Shown piece by piece: positions 39,165 to 52,790 of a stretch of 64,000 nucleotides of DNA (position 1 is the first letter of the stretch; each line of letters begins with the position of its first letter). The position numbers and the translations under genes were made by a program. The notes under the pieces are model-generated. The model was not told where the DNA came from. It did not search any database and saw nothing but the letters and a program-made list of their open reading frames with translations. Source of the DNA: Macrostomum hystrix (taxonomy: Eukaryota > Animalia > Platyhelminthes); NCBI GenBank assembly GCA_950097015.1, contig CATNEN010000025.1, positions 2,542,001-2,606,000 of the forward strand, written 5' to 3'.

Positions 39165-39690
39165 GGAGAAGCAAGGGGCATGGGAGACAGGAGGCAGGAA
39201 GCAGGAGGCAGGGGAGGCAGCAGGCAGGGAAGGCAGCAGGCAGGGGAGGCAGCAGGCAGGGGAGGCAGCAGGCAGGGGAGGCAGCAGGCAGGGGAGGCAG
39301 CAGGCAGGGGAGGCAGCAGGCAGGGGAGGCAGCAGGCAGGGGAGGTAGCAGGCAGGGGATGCAGAGGCAGGGGAGGCAGGGGAGGCAGGGGAGGCAGCAG
39401 GCAGGGGAGGCAGCAGGCAGGGGAGGCAGCAGGCAGGGGAGGCAGCAGGCAGGGGAGGCAGCAGGCAGGGGAGGCAGCAGGCAGGGGAGGCAGCAGGCAG
39501 GGGAGGCAGCAGGCAGGGGAGGCAGCAGGCAGGGGAGGCAGCAGGCAGGGGAGGCAGCAGGCAGGGGAGGCAGCAGGCAGGGGAGGCAGCAGGCAGGGGA
39601 GGCAGCAGGCAGGGGAGGCAGCAGGCAGGGGAGGCAGCAGGCAGGGGAGGCAGCAGGCAGGGGAGGCAGAGTAGGCAGCAGGCAGGGGCG
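39165..39690. repeat. Purine-rich minisatellite, 16-bp unit (GGCAGGGGAGGCAGCA)
   Basis: About 30 tandem units. Confidence 0.95.
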
Positions 39691-40057
39691 GTGGAAAAGG
39701 CAGTGGTGAGGCAGAGGAGACAATTCAAGCGGAATTGCATTAATGGCGGCTGTCGGCCGTGGCAAAAGTACAAATCATCGTCGCAGCGGAAATTGACGGT
39801 CGTGTCTCGTGGCCGCGTCATGTTTTGAGTTCGCCATGTAAAATGCTGTCTTAAACGTTAGACAAGTAAAAGGACAGGCTGTTAAATTGTCTGTGAAACT
39901 ATCTTCCTACAGGAGAGAACACGGACGTCACGAGTTAGTGAAGCCTATTCACTAGTGAAATTGAAGCATATAGTAGAATCACAGAAGGCAGTTTTTGCCT
40001 ACAATCTAGTGTCTGTCTGACGAAACCTTTCAATAGGCAATGAAAGATTTAGTCCTT

Positions 40058-40060
40058 CTG

Positions 40061-40118
<58 letters not shown>
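40058..40118. repeat. (CTG)n trinucleotide run, ~20 units
   Basis: Directly visible. Confidence 0.95.
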
Positions 40119-40119
<1 letters not shown>

Positions 40120-40424
40120 CTGGTTTGCTCCAAACGAAGCTAATTTTTTCCAAGCTTGAGATTTGCGTCAGTTTTTCAGTCGAGGGAAAGACTGGAGAAA
40201 AAAACTTTTTTGAGCCGAATGAAGGATAGGAAAAAATAATACTGAGGTGGGTTTCTCACATTTGAGGCTGACAAGATTATCTCAGTCCGCGTTTGCTCAG
40301 CCGCTGCGTCTGCTCACTGAGAACTGCTCACCTGGCCGCTTCTTCCAGTTTTCTGGGATGTGTTGAGGGTGTCGCAGTAGTTCTCCAACTGTAGCTTCAC
40401 TCCGCTTAATGGGCTTGAGGTTCT

Positions 40425-40970
40425 GGGCAAATTATCGATCGCTTTTGTTAGAAATGAGAGTGACACAGCTGGAGCATTCGGATGGGGTTGTGGGCAAATT
40501 ATCGATCGATATTGTTAGAAATGAAAGTGACACAGCTGGAGCATTCGGATGGGGTTGTGGGCAAATTATCGATCGATATTGTTAGAAATGAGAGTGACAC
40601 AGCTGGAGCATTCGGATGAGGTTGTGGGCAAATTATCGATCGATATTGTTAGAAATGAGAGTGACACAGCTGGAGCATTCGGATGGGGTTGTGGGCAAAT
40701 TATCGATCGATATTGTTAGAAATGAGAGTGACACAGCTGGAGCATTCGGATGGGGTTGTGGGCAAATTATCGATCGATATTGTTAGAAATGAGAGTGACA
40801 CAGCTGGAGCATTCGGATGGGGTTGTGGGCAAATTATCGATCGATATTGTTAGAAATGAGAGTGACACAGCTAGAGCATTCGGATGAGGTTGTGGGCAAA
40901 TTATCGATCGATATTGTTAGAAATGAGAGTGACACAGCTGGAGCATTCGGATGGGGTTGTGGGCAAATTA
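40425..40970. repeat. Minisatellite, 67-bp unit, ~8 copies
   Basis: GGGCAAATT recurs every 67 bp (40492, 40559, ...); contains the 12-bp palindrome TATCGATCGATA. Confidence 0.95.
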
Positions 40971-41949
40971 TTGTGAAATTGGAACAATTGTGAAATACAT
41001 AATTATTTTTTCAGCATTTTCCTAAACGAAAACTCATTTGTCCTGTTTACTTGTTTGAACTGTCTGAGCTTTTTATTTTACAGTTTTTTTCTAATTATAT
41101 GCCTTTCGCAAATAAGTGCTTATCCTACTACTGAGATGTGCCGATCGTGAGTAGTGTGCGAGTTTTCAGTTTCGCCACGGTGGCTAATTAAATTGAGATA
41201 TCGAATTCCTGAACTGCGAGAGATAAACAAATAGAAATGTGAGACCTCATGGATCTTGCAGAAAGTATGGCTGGATCAATATTTGATTTGGAGGCCTGTT
41301 TTGCAAAATTACCCTGAAAAAACAGTTTAGAACATAAAAAATTGGGCATTAAAGTATCCTAGACGACAGATAATAAATTTTTTACGTTGAAAGTTTAATT
41401 TCTTGGAATATTTTAACATTTTTAATGTCTCCTATTTCAATCGTATATTTCGCAATTCAATCATTTTCTTAAGGCATTTTCTAAGTATATTCTCACGTTT
41501 TATCATTTTCTCAACTTCCGGCCTTAAGAAATGATCGGATCAGTTCGAGTTAGTTGGTCATGCAGTATGCTTGTGTATATCCGAATAAGACTAAATTTTT
41601 CTAATAATCTGCGGAAATGGCTCCAAATTCTGCTAGGATTTTCTCAAACAGAATCCAGAAGGAATTTATCCTCCCGACATCTTGAGAATGGGAATCTAAG
41701 CTTCACCCTTCGCTTGCTTTCTTGCTTAGCAGCCCATTGGCCCGCACTTCCTTGAATTAGGCTTGGGGAAGCGAGATCGTAGGCTGCTAGTCGGTGATTC
41801 GCCAGACCCAAAATGAGGATCTCTGTATGACTGCTGACATAAATCATTTTCTCAGGAGGTAAATCTCGTAGATAAAACCAGCAACGAGAGAGCGATAGAC
41901 GGCAGCCTATATAGATCCTATTGAAGATCAGATACTAATCATTTTAAAT

Positions 41950-44900
41950 ATGGCTCTCTTCTCTCCGCCATTGTGGCCCCAGAATCTGACGGATACTGTG
42001 GACTATTCGCCTAGCAACTACAGCCAGATGGATGTACACAAGCTGGCCTGTCATCGGTACTGGGATCCGAGAACAGATCCGGGTAACACCGCTGCAATTA
42101 GGCGCTACCTGGTGTGCATGAATGCCACAGAATACCTGGACGCATTCGACAAGGTGACCGTTGAGCTGACTGACACTCGAGACCGAGAGCTGCCGATTCT
42201 GGCTGGCATTATCGGCGTGTACGCCGTGTTCATGCTGTTTGGAATCCTTGGCAACGGCCTAGTGATCTGCGCGGTGGCAAGGAATCGCCAGATGAGAACG
42301 GCCCGCAATCTGTTCATCGTCAACCTGGCAGTTTCTGACTTCACGCTGTGCGCGCTAACCCAGCCGCTAAACATCATGCGGATGTTTCAGACCTACCACA
42401 GCTGGAAGCACGGTATCGCATTGTGCAAAGTTGTCAATATGCTTACCGGAGTCAACATGTTTGTTTCAACCTTCTCCATCACTGCCGTGGCTATCGACCG
42501 CTTTAGGGTGAGGATGATTTTCTAATCAGTCATTCAGCGCTTGCCTTGGTCATTATCTTAGATCAATTATGAAGTACTGATTAGTGATTAGGCAATTCTG
42601 GCCGTTCCGCTGACTCCTGAGCACACATGCACACGGACACTGTACGCCAGTATACACTCACACATCTGTGTACATCTGACATGACTTTCTTATCGTCAGA
42701 CAGCACAGCTGGAGCTATTGAGCACAATCAGTACATGACCGTGAGAGCTAATCATGAGCACAATCAGTACATGACCGTGAGAGCTAATCATGAGCACGTT
42801 GTGTCGGATATATTTCCAGAAATATTCTGGAAAGCAAATAGTCATGGAAGGGGAGATTGCATCAAAGAGGGGCTGGGAAAATACAGCATATATTCGTAGA
42901 TAACGTGTGTGTATTAGGAAAATTCAATTAAGATAGCTGAGCTGAGCTACTGGACTCAAACTACCCACCCTGCCGTTGCTGCCACGTTCAGATAGCCCAC
43001 AATTTCGCCGCCCCATTGTGGGATAAACTATAGTGGGATCTGACAGCTGCCCTTCTTATCCCCACCTCTGTTGCTCCATTTCGCCCTGCCTTTCTCTCTG
43101 CCCTGTCTTCCCTCTATTCGTTCCTGTATGAAGTGCGTGAGTGTATGGAGTGTCTGACAATCGCTTGTGTATTTTACGTGAGCGATCAAGGACCCACACA
43201 ATAAAATGAGAATCAGCAACAGGAGGAGGAGTGGGGGGGGAATGAGTACGTGGGTGTTTGAAGAGACGGTCGTGTTAAAATTGAAAAAGGAATTAGCCTA
43301 TCAAAAAAATCAGGAGCATTATCTGATTTATGCGGAAAACGACCTTTTAATGGGAATGCAGAGATTTTTTGCGATTGATCTCAAGGCAAGAAATGAAAGT
43401 GACAAAATAGATTGAAAGATTTGTGTAGCTTGTTGGGTTTCTCGGCTGCCGCCAGGTCACGCTCGGCACAATGTTTCCAACGTTACCGCCGTGTCGCGCA
43501 ACCGCAAGCTCAAAGTCTGCTTCTTCGCTTCTGTTGGTTGTAGGCTCACTCTCCACCACCCTTCCTCAGAGTTTGCTAGTCAGATTGAACAAATAATCCT
43601 AATTGAATAGCGGGTGCCGGATTGACTACTGAAGCGAAATCTATTCCTAACTTATGTCTGGAAAATTCTGAAGTTTGAAATTGCGCCAAATTCTTCTCAG
43701 ATTTTTCTTAGTGAAATTGGCTGATGAAATGAACGAAGGCATTAAACCGGGGCCTAAAGTCGGGTGGGAATTTCATTTTTAAGCCTTTCTTATATTTGTA
43801 TATTCGGTCGTTTTTTTTCTATCTATCTTCAGTTGGGATCGTCAGGCCGACAAGGGATTTGCGTTGCGGGATCTGGGAAACGATTTTGGGGCGCACGTAT
43901 GGATAAATAAATCTATTTTTCTTGGGCACAATTACCTTGCCCCAATGACCATCTGCTCAGCATATAGTTCTCCCCTGGGGAGCTTGATGCCGCAAATTTC
44001 TTCCCTTCTAATTCCCATTTTCAGAATTGTGCACGATCCATTAAGCTCGCGAATAGAACAATGCTGACCTGCTTTGACTCCTCTCATTGAAACCCCGGAA
44101 CAAACTGCTCAGAAAGACAACTCTTAGAGGATATTTATCCCCCTAATTTTAAAGCCAACTCGCCTCGGGACTTCTCCAGGCTTTTCATTTCTCATTGAAA
44201 GTAAAAAAACAAAGAAGGCAATATCCGCTGTCCGCTGCATTGCGATCAGCTTATCCATCGAGATAAAGAAAGTAAGACCAATCGATTTTCTGCCTCAATA
44301 ATTCCGGTTTCTAAGCCAATTTCTTGGGATCAATGAAGTGAGACTGTCTGTTATCTTTTTCCGAGTGTCTTTGAGTCGTTCCCCCTCAGAGGAATTAAGA
44401 ATTTCATGTTACTTCATTGGAAGTGGGAAAATTTATATAAATTTTCAAACATATCGAATTTAACGCAAAATTCGGAGAAACTTTTCATGATTTGGAAACA
44501 ACTGTTTAAATTGGTTGAGGCTTTTATAGATTGATCTTAAACAATTAATAATAATGCGAATACGCTCGTAGTAATTTATTACACCTGCCCCAATTGGGCC
44601 AGGTGTGCAGCCGACAGCACAGCCGCAGCTATTGCGCGGCGCATCTGAAAGCTGTGTACGGCTGTTCAGTCCATGGACTGGGGGGACGCCACACCCACCC
44701 CCAATTACCCCAGCTAATGCTGGCACCCATTTAACAGCTGGGTGAACTGAGTCAATGCAGAGTTAAATGTCTTGCTAAAGGACACAAATTGTTCCAGTGG
44801 GAATCGAACCCCAGACCTGCAAGTCGTGAGTCCGAATCTCTAACCACAAGGCTACAATCTCCTTCAGAATTTTAGAATTTTGCAGACCCATTAAACTCGC

Positions 44901-47900
44901 GAATACAACATTGATCTTTACACAACAATGCATACTGATGTTTTGATATTATCGAGCAGATGCAGCCAGGAGGCGGAGGGACCGCCCATTTCGCTAGCGC
45001 CTGGCAACCACACGACCTCTAGTGAGGCGGTGTTGCTCGGGGGGACCCGTTGGTCTCGCCTGCTCCTCTGCACCAGCAGTTGTGGGAGAAATCGGCACGC
45101 CCGATGTCCCTGAGGTCAGAGGGCGTTGGTTTTTGGCCCAAGGTGTTCTAGCCGTTGCCCCTCGTAAAGACTGGACATTGGGCAGGGACAGGAAGTGTTT
45201 TTAGCTGGCGGACTGGCAAATAAGACAGCTCCCCTGGTACCTGGCCCTGGAGGAAGCGCTGACGAAGCGGCAGAGCGGCCGCGGCGAGGCCACATTTATT
45301 TGGGCTGCAGCCATGGAGCGAAAGCTTGTCGTGCAATTCGCGCCCTTCAGGGCCGACCGCCAAATTACAGTGAGAGTGTACACTGCCTGACGATGAGAAA
45401 GTCGGGGCAGATGTACACACCTGTGTAAGTGTGTACCTGCGTACAGTATCTGTTTGTCTGTGTGCTCAAGGGGTCAACGGAATGAGTGGAACTGCCCCCT
45501 TGCTGGCTGCGGATCGACTGACATAAAATGATGTCTTAGTGCTCACAGCCTTCATATACAAATATTCTTGAGTATTATTATAAGTAGCCTTGATTTTCAG
45601 CGGGTGAGATTTTACACTTCTTTGAATTAGAAGCATTTGAGCTACGGCAAGTGAGACTCAAGTAAGAGCTATAGATTTTCTCACTTAGTATCTTGAATCC
45701 CACACCATGCTCAAAGTCCCTGTCGTGATCTCGAGTTTGATCTTGAGTCTGCGCTCAAACGTGACACCCACTTTACTATCGGCTGACCACGAACACCCCC
45801 TCACCGGTGCATCTCATCAGAATCCCTAATTGGGAAGCTTGGTTGAAGAGGATAGCGTCTGATGCCACCGGCTGGGTGTCAAAGCATTTCCCATAGCGCT
45901 CTTCGCCCGCTGGGCGAAATCGTCGAAGCGAAATTGCAACTCAACCCGCAGCCCGCTAGCTACCCGCATTCGGAGAAACAGCAGCCTGGTTTCTAGACCA
46001 CTTTAATTAGTGCCGAATGGTGCTGCTGCTGCTGCTGCTGGATGGGGAGAAGTGACGCCAAGCAAATATATTCCGCAACCAATTCAGGCAGATAGTAGAA
46101 GAGGCACGCAGACTAAAAGAGACTAGGATGAGAAAGAGACAAAGGACTGTCAAATGTTCCCATTGCGGGGGGGGGTTCAGAGTGCGGGCTGATTCAATTA
46201 TCTGAAGCCAGCCCGTAATCAAGTTCTTCTCTGCTCACTACACTTCTTACATTCCTCTTTCTTGGGCGCAGTAAACACTTTTATTTGCCTCACGGCCAGA
46301 GTGAGTCGCTTGCTTCAATTAACAGCCTCAAATTCAGATTCTCGAATACAAAGATTGCCAATAAGCGCGCTGGGCAGTCTACTTAGATATTGCAAAACTG
46401 CATCTGAACTACTTCAAAGTGATGATAAAATTGGAAAAAATTGACACATTGTCTCAATTTTCAGCTTCTTTGTTGCTAACCAACCGATGTGCGTGTATGT
46501 ATCGCGAAAACCGATGGTTCATCCCTCTTTTTTACGAGACACAATGTCCATCAATGAAATGCCATTCAAATCCTGATCTGATAAACAAAGCACTCGCAAT
46601 CTCCCTAGGGGTTCTTTGGAACATTTTTCCCGATAGATAAGAACTGCCTTTTATATCAACTACTTAACCCAGCGTCTTATCTGCACTTTTAACTGTTCGC
46701 TACACGATGGTCTAAAGTTGAAAGAAGGTCACATAGATCTACGAGCTAGATCCCTCTTGCTAAACTCTATGAATACAATCCAGTATTCCACTTAACCTCG
46801 CTTCTACGCAAAAGTCGTCTTAATTGAGCACTATAAATGAGTACTCTTTGAGTGCTAAGTAAAATTTTAATCTAGATTCAATGAGTAATTGTAGCCACGC
46901 AAGCAGACTGAAGTTGATTTCGCGTTTGGAGCAGCTGAGAGGTAGAGCTCATCGAGATGCGCCATACAGTGTGGGATTACACCGAAGTACTTCTCAGTTG
47001 AGTCAAGGTAGCCTTAGCATTATTAGCCTTGTTGGAGGGTGACGTAGGCCTAGGGAGAGGGATAAACCCAGAGTTGTTAATAGGATATTTTTCATTTATC
47101 CCTTTAGTATCGTGTCCTATTTCTAATCAATATGTATGGCATGCAGGTGGGTTTTTCAATACTTTCGCAGTGGGAGCGGCCTTATCTGACCTCACAGCTC
47201 GGTGATGGGACAGGTGAGTGGAGTGTGTTAGCGATCCTCTCTCGAGGTTGCTCAGCTGTCCTATCAGCAGCTCACGTGACCAGCAGGTGGATTTAGAGGC
47301 ACACAGGACGAGCTCTGAGCAATGAAGTCGTTTGGTGCAGATCTCGCCAGTGGCATCTGATTCTAGCCACTGATATCATTGTGCAGTTTGGTAAGAGAAT
47401 CGAGAGCGGAGAGGCAAGGACGGAGAGAAGTAGGGCTGTATAATTATTCCGGTCCTAGATTGCAATTTCGTCTATTAGAGGCCAAATATCGGCAGCAAAG
47501 TTCAACAGAAATTACCTATAATCAAACTCAAACAGAATGCGGGTGGCATTTCAGCATTTCGATCAACCTGAAGCTTGAAAACACAACTCGTCTGCCAGTA
47601 CACATTTCTCTGACAATAATCAAATAAACCCCATCAACTGACAATATGATCAAATAAACCCCATCAACTGACAATATGATCAAATAAACCCCATCAACTG
47701 ACAATCTTATCAAATAAACCCCATCAACTGACAATATGATCAAATAAACCCCATCAACTGACAATCTTATCAAATAAACCCCATCAACTGACAATCTTAT
47801 TAAAAAAACCCATAAACTGCCAATATGATCAAATAAACCCCATCAACTGACAATATGATCAAATAAACCCCATCAACTGACAATATGATCAAATAAACCC

Positions 47901-50878
47901 CATCAACTGACAATCTTATCAAATAAACCCCATCAACTGACAATATGATCAAATAAACCCCATCAACTGACAATATGATCAAATAAACCCAATCAACTGA
48001 CAATCTTATCAAATAAACCCCATCAACTGACAATATGATCAAATGAACCACATGAACTGACAATATGATCAAATGAACCACATCAACTGACAATATGATC
48101 AAATGAACCACATCAACTGACAATATGATCAAATGAACCACATCAACTGACAATATGATCAAATAAACCCCATCAACTGACAATATGATCAAATAAACCA
48201 CATCAACTGACAATATGATCAAATGAACCACATCAACTGACAATATGATCAAATGAACCACATCAACTGACAATATGATCAAATAAACCCCATCAACTGA
48301 CAATATGATCAAATAAACCACATCAACTGACAATATGATCAAATGAACCACATCAACTGACAATATGATCAAATAAACCACATCAACTGACAATATGATC
48401 AAATAAACCCCATCAACTGACAATATGATCAAATAAACCCCATCAACTGACAATATGATCAAATGAACCCCATCAACTGACAATATGATCAAATGAACCA
48501 CATCAACTGACAATATGATCAAATGAACCCCATAAACTGCCAATATGATCAAATAAACCCCATCAACTGACAATATGATCAAATAAACCACATCAACTGA
48601 CAATATGATCAAATGAACCACATCAACTGACAATATGATCAAATAAACCACATCAACTGACAATATGATCAAATAAACCCCATCAACTGACAATATGATC
48701 AAATAAACCCCATCAACTGACAATATGATCAAATGAACCACATCAACTGACAATATGATCAAATAAACCCCATCAACTGACAATATGATCAAATGAACCA
48801 CATCAACTGACAATATGATCAAATGAACCCCATAAACTGCCAATATGATCAAATGAACCACATCAACTGACAATATGATCAAATAAACCACATCAACTGA
48901 CAATATGATCAAATGAACCACATCAACTGACAATATGATCAAATAAACCCCATCAACTGACAATATGATCAAATAAACCCCATCAACTGACAATATAATC
49001 AAATAAACCACATCAACTGACAATATGATCAAATGAACCACATCAACTGACAATATGATCAAATAAACCACATCAACTGACAATATGATCAAATAAACCC
49101 CATCAACTGACAATATGATCAAATGAACCACATCAACTGACAATCTTATTAAAAAAACCACATCAACTGACAATATGATCAAATGAACCACATCAACTGA
49201 CAATATGATCAAATAAACCACATCAACTGACAATATGATCAAATAAACCCCATCAACTGACAATATGATCAAATAAACCCCATCAACTGACAATATGATC
49301 AAATAAACCCCATCAACTGACAATATGATCAAATGAACCACATCAACTGACAATATGATCAAATGAACCCCATAAACTGCCAATATGATCAAATAAACCC
49401 CATCAACTGACAATATGATCAAATAAACCCCATCAACTGACAATATGATCAAATGAACCACATCAACTGACAATATGATCAAATAAACCACATCAACTGA
49501 CAATATGATCAAATGAACCACATCAACTGACAATATGACCAAATGAACCACATCAACTGACAATATGATCAAATGAACCACATCAACTGACAATATGATC
49601 AAATAAACCCCATAAACTGCCAATATGATCAAATAAACCCCATCAACTGACAATATGATCAAATGAACCACATCAACTGCCAATATGATCAAATAAACCC
49701 GAGAAACGGACAATATCATCAAATAAACCCCATTCCACTGACAATCTTATCAAATAAACCCCATTCCACTGACAATCTTATCAAATAAACCCCATTCCAC
49801 TGACAATCTTATCAAATAAACCCCATTCCACTGACAATCTTATCAAATAAACCCCATTCCACTGACAATCTTATCAAATAAGCCCCATTCCACTGACAAT
49901 CTTATCAAATAAACCCCATTCCACTGACAATCTTATCAAATAAACCCCATTCCACTGACAATCTTATCAAATAAACCCCATTCCACTGACACTGATCGAA
50001 TATTCCCCATTTCAATAAGAATGGGGTTTATTCCCCACCCTAAAGAAGTAAACTCCATCCGCTGACACCATTCCATTGTATCCGACCCGCATAGCACAAA
50101 TCACACACCAGCCACAACCGCACTCAACCCGCAGGTGATCATGTACCCGACCCGCACTCAAATCAGCAAGGCCAAGCTGGTGTTCAGTCTGCTGTGCATC
50201 TGGGGGATGGCGTGTCTCGTCGCCAGCCCCCTAGCCGTCTTCGCCACCATCGGAGTGAACCGCCTGATGATCCCGCCAGTGGAGCTGTGCATCGAGAGCA
50301 CCGGGAGCTTCGCCATTCGCCTGGCCAAGGTGATCTACAGCACCGCAGCAATGCTGCTGCAGTACCTGTTGCCGCTGGGCATTGTATCAGCAGCCTACGC
50401 TGTCATCTATCGCCGCATGCAGGAGCGAGCCAGACAGACTAAAGAGCGGCGAGCACTGACTGTTCCAACCGGCGTTGTAGCCGAACGCATCGCCGCTGAA
50501 GCCATTCGACAGCGTCGAGCCACCAACCTGCTGATCGCCATCAGTGTAGCCTTCGGTCTCAGCTGGTTGCCATTGAGTGTCGTGAACATTGTGCACGATT
50601 GGCGCGTCCTTCACGTGCCGATGGAGGCTAATAAGGACGCAGCCGGGGCTTCCTCTGAGCCGCCAGTAGGCAAGATGATGCAATTCCAGACGTCGCATAA
50701 TTCCAGCGACAGCACCTTCTTGATCGTGGCCTCGCAGTGTATTCCTCTGCTGCTAGTGCTGGTGTCAGCCTGCCTAAATCCAGTGTTCTACGGCTGGTTG
50801 AATGAAAACTTTCGCACAGAATTTCAGCAAATGCTCTGCTCCGGTCGATTTGCTATTGCCAAATTCAAGTTCAAGCCT

Positions 50879-50913
<35 letters not shown>

Positions 50914-51058
50914 TCCAAAAGAGCAGGAAGAAGTACCGCTAGCTGTCTTGCCAGTAGTCGAAAGCAAAGAAAACAGCACAGCTGCAGTCGTGGCTAACGG
51001 AGCCAAAGTCCTGACGGTCGCGGAGGTCGAGCGGTCTTTTGAGAGTGGCTTCGTGTGA
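41950..51058 (+). CDS. Neuropeptide F/Y-type rhodopsin-class GPCR; join(41950..42507, 50135..51058), 493 aa, 7.6-kb intron
   Basis: GN..VI..V.RN..MRTARNLFIVNLAVSD (TM1-2), C in ECL1/TM3, DRFR|VIMYPTR, F..SWLP (TM6) and ACLNPVFYGWLNENFRTEF (TM7) are typical of NPF/NPY receptors. Donor AGG|GTGAGG and acceptor CCGCAG|GTG are phase 0. Confidence 0.9.
42590..42704 (-). mobile_element. Unclassified retroposon family, copy B (internal fragment)
   Basis: AGGCAATTC...CTGACTCCTGAGCACAC...TGACTTTCTTATCGTCAG shared with copies A, C, D. Confidence 0.7.
44570..44862 (-). mobile_element. tRNA-derived SINE with CORE-like central domain, apparently full length (~290 bp)
   Basis: A box TAGCCTTGTGG and B box GGTTCGATTCC, then GTGTCCTTAGCAAGACATTTAAC...CAGTTCACCCAGCTGTTAAATGGG resembling the MIR CORE domain; AT-rich tail; two more partial copies in the window. 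Confidence 0.78.
44955..45515 (+). mobile_element. Unclassified retroposon family, copy C (longest; GC-rich 5' extension)
   Basis: 45290-45515 is the reverse complement of 63350-63590; extends a further ~330 bp of GC-rich sequence; the 5' boundary is approximate. Confidence 0.65.
47612..49990. repeat. Intronic minisatellite, 30-bp unit (CAATATGATCAAATAAACCCCATCAACTGA), ~70 copies, switching to a 31-bp variant at ~49725-49990
   Basis: Tandem array in the GPCR intron; gives the spurious 640-aa hydrophobic ORF. Confidence 0.97.
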
Positions 51059-51134
51059 AATTCAGATCTTTACAGACATTTTTTACCCTCGTACAGTTTG
51101 GCTTTAAGCTGGTCCAATAAACAAGGTAAAACCT

Positions 51135-52790
51135 ATTAGGCATTGGAATGACTAATCTACTAGATCTCAGGCATTTGAAATACTAATCTACTAGATCCGA
51201 GGCATTTGAAATACTAATATACTAGATCTGAGGCATTGGAATGACTAATGTACTGGTTCTGAGGCATTGGAATGACTAATCTACTAGATCTCAGGCATTG
51301 GAATGACTAATATACTAGATCTCAGGCATTGGAATGACTAATCTACTAGATCTGAGGCATTGGAATGACTAATCTACTAGATCTGAGGCATTGGAATGAC
51401 TAATCTACTAGTTCTGAGGCATTGGAATGACTAATATACTAGATCTGAGGCATTGGAATGACTAATGTACTGGTTCTGAGGCATTGGAATGACTAATGTA
51501 CTGGTTCTGAGGCATTGGAATGACTCATATACTAGATCTGAGGCATTGGAATGACTAATATACTAGATCTGAGGCATTGCAATGACTAATATACTAGATC
51601 TGAGGCATTGCAATGACTAATATACTAGATCTGAGGCATTGGAATGACTAATCTACGAGCTACTAGATCTGAGGCATTGGAATGACTAGTCTACTAGATC
51701 TAAGGCATTGTAATGACTAATATACTAGATCTAAGGCATTGGAATGACTAATATACTGGTTCTGAGGCATTGGAATGACTAATATACTGGTTCTGAGGCA
51801 TTGGAATGACTTAATATACTAGTTCTGAGGCATTTGAATGACTAATCTACTAGATCTCAGGCATCGGAATGACTAATCTACTAGATCTGAGGCATTGGAA
51901 TGATTAATCTACTAGATCTGAGGCATTGGAATGACTAATGTACTGGTTCTGAGGCATTGGAATGACTAATGTACTGGTTCTGAGGCATTGGAATGACTCA
52001 TATACTAGATCTGAGGCATTGGAATGACTAATATACTAGATCTGAGGCATTGCAATGACTAATATACTAGATCTGAGGCATTGCAATGACTAATATACTA
52101 GATCTGAGGCATTGGAATGACTAATCTACGAGCTACTAGATCTGAGGCATTGGAATGACTAGTCTACTAGATCTAAGGCATTGTAATGACTAATATACTA
52201 GATCTAAGGCATTGGAATGACTAATATACTGGTTCTGAGGCATTGGAATGACTAATATACTGGTTCTGAGGCATTGGAATGACTTAATATACTAGTTCTG
52301 AGGCATTTGAATGACTAATCTACTAGATCTCAGGCATTGGAATGACTAGTCTACTAGATCTAAGGCATTGTAATGACTAATATACTAGATCTAAGGCATT
52401 GGAATGACTAATATACTGGTTCTGAGGCATTGGAATGACTAATATACTGGTTCTGAGGCATTGGAATGACTTAATATACTAGTTCTGAGGCATTTGAATG
52501 ACTAATCTACTAGATCTCAGGCATCGGAATGACTAATCTACTAGATCTGAGGCATTGGAATGATTAATCTACTAGATCTGAGGCATTGGAATGCCTAATA
52601 TACTAGATCTGAGGCATTGGAATGACTAATCTACTAGATCTGAGGCATTGGAATGCCTAATCTACTAGATCTGAGGCATTGGAATGACTAATATACTAGA
52701 TCTGAGGCATTGGAATGACTAGTCTACTAGATCTGAGGCATTGGAATGACTAGTCTACTAGATCTGAGGCATTGGAATGACTAATCTTAC
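51135..52790. repeat. Minisatellite, 31-bp unit (GGCATTGGAATGACTAATCTACTAGATCTGA) with nested 473-bp and 187-bp block duplications
   Basis: Starts ~75 nt after the GPCR stop; marker variants recur at 51654/52127 and 51808/52281/52468. Confidence 0.96.

Noticed and set aside
44955-45060. HDV-like ribozyme at the 5' end of retroposon copy C (TTCGCTAGCGCCTGGCAAC resembles the HDV core)
   Set aside because: I could not fit P3/L3, P1.1 and the catalytic C-N-R-A junction together; an Infernal or RNArobo search of a family consensus would be needed
47800-49722. 640-aa hydrophobic ORF (ILSVDGVYLI)n, and similar ORFs at 4701-5423, 28597-29085, 36444-36904, 39042-39821, 53320-54238, 55808-56411, 57484-58426
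   Set aside because: All are translations of minisatellites lacking a stop in some frame; they lie in introns or spacers and have no non-repetitive domain
51088-51095. CCCTCGTA as the mariner right TIR
   Set aside because: Only 8 bp, and it lies upstream of the left TIR, so the geometry is wrong
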